The notes beneath the pieces are model-generated. The model was given only the letters and a program-made list of their open reading frames with translations. It had not been told where the DNA came from and made no database searches. This document shows positions 10,701-22,000 of a DNA stretch of 64,000 nt, in pieces. The translations under genes and the position numbers were made by a program. Every line of letters starts with the position of its first letter. Within the stretch, counting starts at the first letter, position 1. Source of the stretch: Cyanophora paradoxa CCMP329. Taxonomy: Eukaryota; Plantae; Glaucophyta. The stretch covers positions 62,001 to 126,000 of the forward strand of contig QPMI01000122.1 of assembly GCA_004431415.1 (NCBI GenBank), in the 5' to 3' direction.

Positions 10701-13110
10701 CCTCCATCGCCGCGCCCCCGTCCTCTTCCCCCTCCTCTTCCACCTCGCTTTCGCTGGCCTCCTCCTCGCCGCCGGTGCCGTCCTCGTCGTCGGCGGCCTC
10801 GTCCTCCTCCCCGCCGAAGACCGCCCGCCGCCGCACCCGCCCCGTCCCGTCCGCCTCCTTCCGCTCCGCCGGCCCTGCCCCTCCGTCGGGCGCCCGCGGC
10901 GGGCGGGCGCGGGCGGGGCTGGCGGGGCGCACGGCGGAGGCGGTCGTGCTTCTGCTTCCTCGTCTCCCGCTCCTCCTCCCCGCTCCCGCCCTCCTCCCCC
11001 TCGCCCTCTTCGTCCTCCTCCTCGCCCTCGCCCTCCTCGTCGTCGTCGTCGCCGCGGCGCGCGGCGGCGAGGCCCTCCTCCCACTCGTGCGAGGCGACCT
11101 GCACCCCGCCGGCCCGGCGCCTCAGCGGCCGCTCCTCGGCTCAGCTGTGTGGGGCGGGGGTTGGCGGACGTGGCCGGCGTCGGGGAAGATCTCGAGCGAG
11201 CTGCTCTTCAGCTTCTCGTCCATCCCGAAGCGCGCCCGCTGCAGCCCGATCACCTGCGCCCGTGCGCACGTCGGCCGGTCAGCTGCGCAGGGGGCGGGCC
11301 AGAAGAGAGCGCGCGCCATGGCCTCGCCGGGCCCGGCGCCCTCGGGGAGCTCCCCGTCGGGCCGCGTGAAGGCCACCGCGCTGTCCGGGATGTTGATGTA
11401 CACCTGGGGGCCCCCCGTCAGGCCCCGCCCGCGAGGAGCAAGGGGAGGGGGGGGAGGCGCACGGCGTCCTTGTCGTAGAGGATGTCGCCGAGGTCGGCCA
11501 TCGGCGCGTACAGCAGCTTCTCTTTCTGCGGCCGGCCTCGCACCCTTCCCGGACGGGGCGGGGCGGGGCGGGGCGGGGCGGGCCTCGTTGAGGGAGCGGC
11601 GCTTCTTGTTGGGGTCGGTGTTGGGCGGCGGGCACGGGTCCGGCAGGGGCGCCACGTTGCGCGCCGTCACGTCACCGACCCCGCACAGGTGCGCCCGCGC
11701 CCCGGGCCGCATCCCTGCCGCCCCGCCTCGCTCAGACCCGCCGCGGGCGAGGCGACGCGGGGCGGGCGGGGGGGGCGGACCGGTGCCGCGGGCGTAGCCG
11801 TAGAGGGCGACGGTGCGGGGGCAGGCGGGGTCGGCCTGCACGAGGGCCGGGTCCGTGACGTCCTCGAGGCGGTCCACGAGGAGGTACGGGTGCGTCGTGC
11901 GCCACGAGAGGGGCCGGAACTTGAGCACGGAGATGAAGCGCGCGAGGTTGTGCACGTCCGTCTTCGAGTAGCGCCCGTGGACGAGGCCCGAGAGGTAGAA
12001 GAGCTTGGCGCCCTGGTAGATCTCCGTCCAGAAGCGGCCCTTGAGGCGCTTCTTGACGCGCCGCAGCTTCTTCGCGTCCTTGAAGCGGTCCAGGTGCGTG
12101 AGGACGCCCATCACGCGCGGCATCCCGTGCGTCTGGATGATGTTCAGGAACTCGAACGTCTCCTGCGCCCCGGCCGGTCCCCGCTTCAGCGGCGGGGCGC
12201 GGGGCGGGTCGGGGCGGGGGCGGCGGGGCCGGCGCGCCATCTCGAAGCCGAAGGAGGCGTCGATCATGAGGAGGACGAGGTCCGCCACCTGCGCCCCGCC
12301 CCGCGTCAGCCGCACGCGGGGGCGGGGGGCGGGGGGCGGGGCGCGCCTTGCCGATGTCGATCATCGAGTTCAGATCGTTCGGGCACTCGACGAAGGTCAG
12401 CCGCCGCTTCTTGCCTGCGCCGAGGGCGCGCTCGGGCGGGGGGCGGGCGTTGGGGCGCGGGGCGGGGCGGGCGGACCGGAGATGACCGTGATGGGCCCCT
12501 TGACTTCGCTGATGTTCTGCTTCGTGTAGTTCTTCACCAGCGAGCGGATCAGCGTCGTCTTCCCGACCTGCGCGCCCCCGTCAGGCGCGCTGCGGCGGCC
12601 CGCCCGACCGCGCCCCGGCTCGCCTGCGGGGGCCCCACGACCGCGACGATGTACGGCGCGGGCACGTCCGGCGTGCGGTTGACCAGCGGGACGTGCGTCC
12701 GCTTCTGGCTGATGTCCGCATTGCGCTGCTGCGCCTTGATCGCTCGCCGGCCCGACGAGGGCGCGAAAGCCTGCGTACGAAGCGATCAGCGATGCACGGA
12801 CGCAGAGCCACGTGCGCGAGGGGCCCCGATCGCTCCCCGCTGCCCGCACGGCCCGGCGACCGCCACGCGCACGCGATCGCACGGGCGATCAGAGCTCCGG
12901 ACTCTCGGGGAGCGCGCCAGGGGCTAGCTATAGTGTCCTGTGCGTGTGCCTCGCGCGCCTAGCGCCCGCAGGGGCCTCCAGACCCCGGCAAACCTTCTTG
13001 TTGTGGGTCTTCTCATCGACGCCGCGCTTCTCCTTATCCCGCTTCTTCTTGCGCTCTGCCTTCGGGCCCGCCTGCGGCTTCCTATGCGCCTTCGCCTTCT
13101 GGTCGTCCAT
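7721..13110 (-). CDS. BMS1: Ribosome biogenesis GTPase BMS1 (many short introns)
   Basis: GKTTLIRSLVK, DLVLLMIDASFGFEM-ETFEFLN, VMGVLTHLD, RFWTEIYQGAKLFYLSG, IRNKFVTGDW, GWRRFQSVPIY, RMLKYTPEHMHC, FEGARLRTVSGVRGQVKK, QIPKTLQAALPF. Confidence 0.97.
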
Positions 13111-15041
13111 CGCTGGACGCGGGTGTACCCAACGAGGCTTCCTCAAGCCGCAGCGGCTTGGAGCCACCGCTCACCCGACTCGCCTGACAGGCAGCTGAGG
13201 CGCTCACCGTTCTGATCATGGTCATGAACTCCAGACCCGCTCACTTCGTTTCCCTAGCCAGCAATCTTAGCCGTCTTGCTAGCTTGAATAGTTCTAGAGT
13301 AAGCTCGGTCCGCGCTGTCTTGTCCGCGGTGTCCGCTTTCGGCGATCGATCTTGGTAAGCTTTTTCAGAGTGCCAGATATAGAGGTATAGAAGTGGTACA
13401 CGTGTAAGCGCAGGTCTTCTTGATGAAGGCGCTTGGGGTTTTTATCATCCTCTCCTTCTCCTCGGAAGCTGAACCGCGGCACGTGGAGACAAACGACGGA
13501 GCAAAGACAAATATCACGACCAAGAGAACAAGGATCAAGCAATACCGCCGAGAAGTTTGTGCGGACCGTCACATATGCATTCGCATGCATTTTTGCAAGC
13601 CTGAAACTGGTGCAGGTGGCTGGGTTATCTTTGCTGGCCGATCTGTGGCATTCCTGAACATAGACATCCTTCAAGCTGGGGCTGAAATTAAAGCCAGGGC
13701 GACCCTCATGATCAGGTGCACAGACCCCCCCCCCCCCTCTTTCCCGTTGCATTATGAACCAAGTATAAAGCAGGTCAAGACTGGTTTCGCGGTCACATTC
13801 CGTGCAGCATCGCAAGGTGCGTTGGCGTCTTCCCGTCGTTTTCCCCCTCATCGGGGTCCGCATGCTCAGATGATTGATTGATTGATCAGCAGGGCCAGCC
13901 ATGGCAGACGTCAATGATTGAAAAGGCAAACGAATGTTTTGAACGTCATCTCATTTATTTTGCTCATCAAGTGCACAATCGCAGGTCTTCCGGGGACACA
14001 TTCTTCTGACACGTTCAGGGAGCATTTATCTGCTCGGTATTAAATCGAAGGAAGTTTGCTAACTCTGAACTCTGTTCTCCATCTTGGTTTGGAAGAGATG
14101 ATGCGCCCCTTGCAATTGTGATGCAACGCAGTACAAAGAAAACCGGGCATAATTACATTCTGTAACTTTCATCATCGAAAATTGATATCATGCATTGATA
14201 AATGTACAATTTCGCAAGACATATTTCCAATTCCCATGCAATGCACCCCCCTTTCTCCACTCCATGGCCATACAGCAATATCGTCGACGTCTCGATCGCG
14301 ACGGTCGACATCATGGCATCGCTGAATTGTTTCGTATCTTCATTTACAGTGTTGTAATTTATATGCCTTCGTTTTAATCGAATTCAATTGCAAATCCAGG
14401 TCTCGCACTGCGGCATGCGCAAGTCTAGCTATAGTCCGCTGGGGCATTGAAATTGTTTGTGTCAAATTCAAATGCTATGCCATGATGATATCGATATCGA
14501 TTGGATTCCCCGGATATGGATCAGGGTTTATCTCACTAAGCCAACGTTCGGAGCAGATCTAGAGTTAACCGTTACTAAGTTAAGTCAGGCTGGTCATGGC
14601 ATGGTGAGACGTCGACATGTGATCATGACGGATCACAAGTCATGATCATGGCATGCACCGCATCGATATCATGGCACTGCGGCATGCACAAGTCGCCATT
14701 GACCGTCGACGTCGGACCCCTAGGTATACGTAAATCATTGAATCTCAGGCTCAGTGGTTCAAGTTTATATATTTGAGCTTGACGTCGACTCTCAGTGCAC
14801 GGTGATCCATGGCCAGGTCTAGATCATCCGGATCATAGGACCAGATGACATAGTCTAGATCTAGAACTAGAGCGGCTGCCAGTCTGCTTATACTTGTGAT
14901 TGCACTGTGGCACTGCTGCATTGATAGAAAAGACACATAATGCTTATGAAAGACCATATATATGCATTTTCAGAGATGATGTGATACAACTATTATAAAT
15001 CAAAACGAACTGCTCACAAATCTTCATTCTTTGTTCCTGAC

Positions 15042-16567
15042 TTAAGGCGAGTGGACTGCAAGCTTCAACTCTACGCCAGCACGCTTGCAAGGCTCCAGTG
15101 TCTCTTCCAAGAGTCTCCAGGCCACATTTCGCGCCGCCAACCAGTACCTTGTGAATTCAGGGGGGTCACAGAGATTGAAGTACCAGTTGTCCGGGTCCCA
15201 CTCCGGCTCCTCGAGCTCCAGCGTGATCTCCGCACGTTGGAGCCGCTGGCAGCCAGCCACCGCCCTCAGAACCGACCAAAGCGCCGGGGTGGCGTCTGGA
15301 GCCCCGAGCTTGAGCCGGACTTCCCGGAGCACGCCTTGGGCTCCCTTGATGAGGGACGCCAGCTCTCGCTTGCGCTCTTCGCCTGCGTAGGAAAAGGAAT
15401 GAACGAGAGTTCAAATGGACACGAACGGCACAGAAGCATGCACCTTGGACGCGATTGGCCGAGAGGGCCAGCTCACGTAGGGCGGGGGCGAGGGGAAGCG
15501 ACTCGGCGAGGCCGCGGGAGCTCTCGGCGCCCGTGACTTCGACCCCAACGGAGCGTAGCCTGGGGAGGCCCGACAAGAGCCTCTCGGCGTCCCCTCTCTC
15601 CTCCAGCTGCGTGTGCGTCAGGACTCCGGAGGGCAGTGAGCAATGCAGCTTGCGGATGGAGCCAAGGGATCTCGGGGCAGTGCGCACCCGAACCGTGTCC
15701 CCGCAGCGCTCGAGGAGGGGGAACCGAAGGAGGTCGTTGACGCACGCTTCGGGGCCCCCGAGGCGGAGCTCGCGGAGGCGGGGCCCCAGGCAGTCCGCAA
15801 TCGCTCCCAGGCAGCCGGGGTCCAGAAGGGAAGCTCGCCCCGGCAGGGCCAGCCGCTCGAGGTCCGGGAAGAGGGGCAGGGCCGCCCGCAGAATGTCGGA
15901 GAGGCGAAGGCCCCCGAGGTCCCCTTCCTCCTCCGCGCTGACCTCATCTCCCGTCCGATTGAGGTCAACATCGATGGCGAGGCTGCGCAGCGGGCTGGTC
16001 GATGCAGCTGCGGCCGGCCTTAGCGCCTCTAGCACGCGAAGCAGGCAGAGGTTCGAGCGTCCCCGGTTGCCGGCGAGCTTCACGCGCAGGTCGGCCTCGC
16101 GCAGCCTCCAAGCGCATCCGGGCGCTCCGGCCAGCGCCGCAAGCAGCCCGGCCAGCGCCGCAAGCAGCCCAGCCGGCTGCTCCTGCGGCCGATCCACCGG
16201 CAGCTTTTCCGCGAAGGCCGCCCGCAAGTGCAGGTCACCACGGACCCGCAGCCGCCCGTCCCGCGCCAGCGCCGTTACGCGAGCCGCCTCCTCCTCGCCC
16301 CGCACCTCAAGCTCGAAGGGTGACCAATCCACGCCCTGCGCGGCCTCCTTCCACGCGCGGCTGACACGCCGCAGCCGCCACGCCGCGCGCGAGCCCGCCA
16401 GCTCCAGCACGCGCGCCAGGAGCCCGCCGGGAAGACGCTCGATTGGAAACTGCGGCCTCGAGACTACAAGAAGCAAGCGAGACGTGGTCAGCCGGAGCTC
16501 AGGCAGGCAAACAAACGGTTTCGATTCATGGCATGCGCACCTTCATGCGCGTGCAGCTGCGACGCAT
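15042..16567 (-). CDS. F-box/LRR (RNI-like) protein
   Basis: F-box-like FPIERLPGGLLARVLELAGSRAAWRLRRVSRAWK followed by LxxLxL repeats (LRSLAI, LERLAL, LRELRL, LRELAL, LREVRL); start predicted via a short first exon. Confidence 0.7.
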
Positions 16568-17864
16568 TGAGAAAAACGATCTCCGTCATTCGATGAGCTC
16601 AAACGCTAACCGATGAAGCACTGCACTGCACTGACTGCACAGAACAGCGGTGGAGCTACGGGTACTGTCAGGTCCGTCAGGTGACACTCATCTGCGAGCG
16701 TCGCGCTTGATCGTGAACCCCGCGCGCGGGTCGGTTTGGAGTCCGCCGGGCCTCATGATCACGCGTACCGCGAGCTCGAGTGGCATGGCCATGGCCGGTG
16801 CTAGCCGTTCCTTTTCGGTGCCAGCCGTTTCTTCAGGGAATATATATATATATAAATTTGATCGATATATATCGATATCTGTGCATGCGCAACGTTTAAC
16901 GATTGGAATTGCAACTTGGAACCGTTATAATTAACGTTATACCTTGTTGTACGTTGCAACTGACACATCGTCTCGATCGCTTTGCAATTGTACAATATTT
17001 CTGGTGCAAGCTAGCTGCCATGGCCATGCCAGGCTGCGCATGCGGCCGATTAATATTTTTGCAATTCGTGCTCATGCGCATGCCGCCAAACGTATACGTA
17101 CGGGCGTTGCTCCGATGATCCGATGATCTTTTCTTTGTTCTTGTGATTGCGAGGGATATCATCATCAGTCCTGTCGACGTCCAGGAACAACATGCAACAG
17201 CTGCGCATATGCATGCGAGCTAAGCCTTGAAGGTGAATGCAATTGCAAAATAACTTTAGTAATCCGATGATCCGATGATCAGCTCCAGCCTGGCCATGGG
17301 CAGCTGCACAGGGATGATCCGATGATCATGAACAGCGCCATCAGTATGCGCTAACAGCGCTAAAATTTCAAGTTTGAAGGGGTTCATGATCATCGGATCA
17401 TGATCACTTTTCCGATTCAAAGAACAATCATTGACTAGTACTGGCACAATATCAATGAGGCTCGCCGAGTCGACGTCGGAAGGAATTCGAAGTGGCCCAG
17501 TACTAGTGGGTGAATTCATGATCAATTGCAATCCACACACTCGAAACTTCACTGAGTCGGCTGCAGACACATTCTAGATCTATACGTACGCGTGAATTCG
17601 AAGGTTCAATTGCTCTAGGCATTTATGAAAGTTCGACGGTTGCAATTGATCTAAGAAGACCGTTGGACCCGTGACCATCGGATCAAGAGCCACTCATGAT
17701 ATACGTAGTTAGCACACTCATCACTAAGTCATTAGAACTTCGGCCAGTTTACCCCAGGGCCGCCTTTTCCAAGCCACGATGAGCCACGATAGCGAGATTC
17801 CTGCGAAGCAACAGGAAGCGAGGCTTCCAGGAGAGCCGTGCATAGCAGCAGAAAATTCGAGTCC

Positions 17865-18872
17865 CTAGATGCCAGACACCTGGATGACAGCCGTGCGCGT
17901 GCGGGGCCCGTCAAGGTCAATGAGCATCACGCTCTGCCACGTCCCCAGGGCCAGCTTCCCGTCGAATACTGCAGCAAGAAGGTCGGTCAGGGACGTGGTG
18001 GGCTGGCACAATGGGCGGGTGCAAAGAGGACCCGGGATGGTCTCGGACTGGGAGAGGGTCATGGCCTGCAGGTGGGACTGCGCGTTGATGGGCTCGTCCT
18101 CGGGGATCCCTGGCCGCAGGTGCAGGCTACCGCCCCAGGCTCATGCTCAGCGGGCCAAAGCCAGTTGCTTCAGGAGCCTCGGAGAGGGCAGGGGACGCAC
18201 TCGTTGTGGAGGTAGTGCAGGTCCTTGGGCGAGCCTTCCGCGCCCTCCTCCGGGGCGAGCTTCCGCAGGTACGCCTTGATGTCCACCAGAAGCCGTTCCT
18301 CGTCCTCGTTAATGTACACCGCCGTCGTCGTGTCTGGTGCCAACGGAGCGTGAGGGCCATGGGCGGGCTGGAGCCGCTGAGCGAGGGTTCCGAGCACACG
18401 GCGGCTGAAGACCGTGGCGGTGCCGTTCTTGACGCCGGCCTCCTCCAGCAGCTCCTTAACGTATGGCGTCAGGTTCACGTACGATCTGCGCCGGGTGCGC
18501 GCGACGCGTACGGTCAGCTCGACGTTGACGGCGAGCGCGGCTGGCAGGAACTATACACGCGCATTTGGTCGTCCTTGCCCGTCTCTAGCGTCAGGACCTT
18601 CGTCGCTACCTTGTACTCCGCAGCTGGCCTGCGGTTGATAAGCTTGGCGTGTGCCTTGCGCTAGAGCTCAAGACGCACGCGGATGCCCTCACGGTGGCAT
18701 CGGCCGCCGCAAAGAAACGCGGCCGCGCCGCATTGGCCTCGAACCGGGTCGCGCGCAGCCTCGAACTCGAGCCCCCAAGCCGGCAGACGAGGCTGCGGCT
18801 CGACACGGAAGACGAACAGACGAGCGGCGCTGGCACGCCTGCGCGGGCGGGGAGGCTCGATACGAAGGCCAT
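17865..18872 (-). CDS. YjbQ/UPF0047 (secondary thiamine-phosphate synthase family) protein with plastid transit peptide
   Basis: NLTPYVKELLEEAGVKNG, TTTAVYINEDEERLLVD, NAQSHLQA, GKLALGTWQSVMLIDLDGPRTR; Ser/Ala/Arg-rich presequence MAFVSSLPARAG. Confidence 0.9.
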
Positions 18873-19028
18873 ACCACCAGGCGCTTGGTCGCTCAACCCC
18901 CCTGGAGCTCGGAAAAAAAGAGCGGCGGCGGCAGACGGTGCCGCGATGCGCAGCCGAAATCGATCAAGCTGAAGAGCTAGAAGCCTGTCCGTTGAGCGTG
19001 CTGCCCCGCCGGCCCCGGTCCTCGCAAC

Positions 19029-22000
19029 ATGGAGGGCGAGAGCCTCGCGGCCAGCGCTCAGCCCGCGGATCGCGAGCTCGCGTCGGAAGGAGACTCAGAA
19101 CCTGAAATCGAAATAGAGACCGATCCACGCGACGCGCCCGCAATCGCAGCGTTGGTGTTCAACGGCGACCTGGAGCTTAGGACAGCGGACGAGCCACCGC
19201 GTGACGAAGCGAATCAGCAGATGCACGATTGCGCTGAACGGGAGACGCCAGCTGAAGCGCCTCAAGCGCTCGATGCTGCCGGCCAACCCACGCCAGCAGG
19301 AGCGCTGGATGCTGCCGACCAGCCCATGCGCGAGGGAGCGCTTGATGCCGCCGACCAGCATATGCCAGCTGAAGCGCTCGATGCTGCCTACCAGCTTATG
19401 TCTGCCGAAGCGCTGGATGCCTCGGACCAGCATATCCCAGCAGAGGCGCTCGATGCGGCCTACCAGCTTATGTCGGCCGAAGCACTAGATGCTGCCGATC
19501 AGCATATCCCAGCAGAGGCGCTCGATGCGGCCTACCAGCTCATGTCGGCCGAAGCACTGGATGCCGCCAACGAGCAGATGCCAGCCGCAGCGCCAGGGGA
19601 GCCTGCAGGCCCGCACGATTCAGGCCCGCCGCAAGCGTGCGTATACGTCGAGATCGACGAGCCCGCGTCCGGCGGCGCGGCCGAGGTGTCGGCCGCCAGC
19701 GAGCAGGGCGCAACCGCAGCTGCGCACGATCCACCTGCAGCCGGGGGTCCGGACGAGGGCCCCAGCGATGGGCGGGAAGCGCACTCAAAGGAGGAGGTCG
19801 GCACGAGCGGCGGCGTGGCCGACGCGGGAGCCGGCGCGGCGGAGGGGCCCCCGTCCCCGTCCCCGGCGCCGGGGAGCGGGGCGGGCGGGGCGGGCGGGGC
19901 GGGCGGGGCGGGCGGGGAGGCGGCGCGGGTGGCGCACGTCGTCGACCTGGAGTCCATCGCGCCCCTCCTCTGGAGCTTCGTCCCGGCGCCCCCGCCCCCC
20001 GCCGCGTCCTCCCCGGCCGCCGCGCCCCGCGCCTCGGGCCCCCGCTGGTCGTCCCCCTCGTCGTCGCAGCGAAGCCCGCGCCCGGCCGCCCGAACCTGCG
20101 CGCCGCCTGCAGGGCCCCGCCGAGCAAGCCGGCCCCCGTCCCCGCCGCCGAGCGCACCCCCGCGTTCTGGCGCGCCCCGCCGCCGCCCCGGCCGCCCCGG
20201 ACGCCGCTCACGGGCTCAGCGCAGGCTGGCGGAGATGGGCAAGCTCGCCCGCATCGCCCTCCGCAAGCAGGGCGCCCCAGGCTCGCCCCCGCCCCGCCCG
20301 CTCCTGCCTCTCCCCTCTTACGCCGGCGGCCCCGCAGCGCCGGTCTGCGCGCTGTGCCGAGGGACCTCCGAGGTCGCCCTGACCCTCGAGGGCCGCCGCC
20401 GCCGCTTCCTCTGCCGCCCCTGCCGCCTCGCCCGGCCCCCAAGCGGCCCCGGCCCGCCCCGGCGGAGCTGCCGGCGGCGGCGGGCGGGCGGGGTGGGAGC
20501 TGCGCGTGCTGCGGCGGGCGGCGGGGGAGGAGGCGGTGGCGGAGGCGGCGCGGGCCTTCGCCCTCGCCGCCGCCCTCGACCCCGACGAGGCCCGCCCGCC
20601 CCTTCCCCGCCCCCGCCCCGCCCTCTGACGGCCGCGCCCCGCAGGCCGACGCGGTGGCAGAGGCTGCCGCCGCCGACTACGCCCTCGCCGCCGCCCGCCC
20701 CGTCCCCGCGACCCCGGCCCCGGCCCGTCCCCGGCCCCGTCTCCGACACGCACGCCGGAGCCGGCGCCCCTCCCGCCACCCATCCCGACCCCCGCCGGAC
20801 CGGCGGGGTCCGTCCCAGCCCCCCTCGCGGGACCGTCCTTTCACACGCCGCCAGCCCCCGGACCCGCGGCCCCTCGGCCATCCTCTTCAGCACTTCCCTC
20901 TCCCTCGGAGCCTGGGGCCGCCGCCGCACTGTTCACGCCCGTACCCCCGGCCCCCGCGCTTGTCCCCGGGTCGGCCGGCCCCGCCGCGGCACCACCTTCT
21001 GAGGCCCCGTCTCTCTTCACGCCGGCACCCCCGCCCCCCTTCGTTCGGCCCGCACCCCCTAGCCCGCCGCCAGGCGACCACGCCGCCCCCACCGAGCTGA
21101 TGGAGATCGAATTCGCCCCCGCCGCCCCCGGCGGTCCCACGCCGCCCTCCTCCGTATCTCCCATGGACCCTGCTGCTGCCCCGCCCGCCGTCGCGCAGCC
21201 GTCGGCCTCGGCTCCCCCAGCGCCCTGGGCCTCCTCGCCCGCCGCAGCAGTGGATTCCAGCGTCCCGGCCCCGGGCGTCCCCTCCTCCTCCTCCTCTTTC
21301 GAACCGGCGCCCTCCTCCTGCATCTCCGAGCCCCCGCCATCGCTCGCGCCGCATCCCCCCGCAGCCGCCGCCGAGCCAGCTCCCGGGCCGGCGCTCCATC
21401 CTCTCCCCGCGGCGACCGCCGGGCCGTCCCCCATGGAGCTCGACGCGCCGCCCGCCCCGCCGCCGCCCCGCCGCTGCCGCCGCCGCAGGCGGTCGCGCCG
21501 TACCTCTCCGCTGCGGCGCGGCGGGCCCTCGCCCTACCGGCGCCCCGCGAGGCGGCCTGCGCCGGCCCGCAGGCCCCGCCCCTCGCGCGCGTCCCCCGGG
21601 GCCCCCGCCCCTCCCGCTCCTCCTCCACGTGCCCCTCTCCCCGCCGAGCGCGCCGCCCTCCTCCACGCCGCCCCGCGCTGCCCCGCGCGGCCCCGCCCCT
21701 CCTGCACCGCCCCCGTCCGCCGCGCCGGCCGCCTCCTGCCCCCGCCCGACGCCGTCGACTTCGCTGCGGTGGCGGCGCGGATGCCCGGCCGCAGCGCCGC
21801 CGCCCTGCGCCGCGCCTACGCCGATATTCTCGGCGGGCCCGCCGTCTCGGGCCCCGAGCCGGCGCTCCTGCTGGGGCGCCCCGCGGCGCGCTGGGAGGCC
21901 GCCGACGCGGCGCGCCACGCGCGGCCGCCCTTCGCGCACGCCGCGCCGCCGCCGCGGCCGACCCTCAACCTCGCCGCCCTCCTCCGCGCTCGCGAGCTCG

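Noticed and set aside
13294-13929. 211-aa (-) and 153-aa (+) ORFs upstream of BMS1
   Set aside because: No recognisable motifs or convincing splice structure; left unannotated
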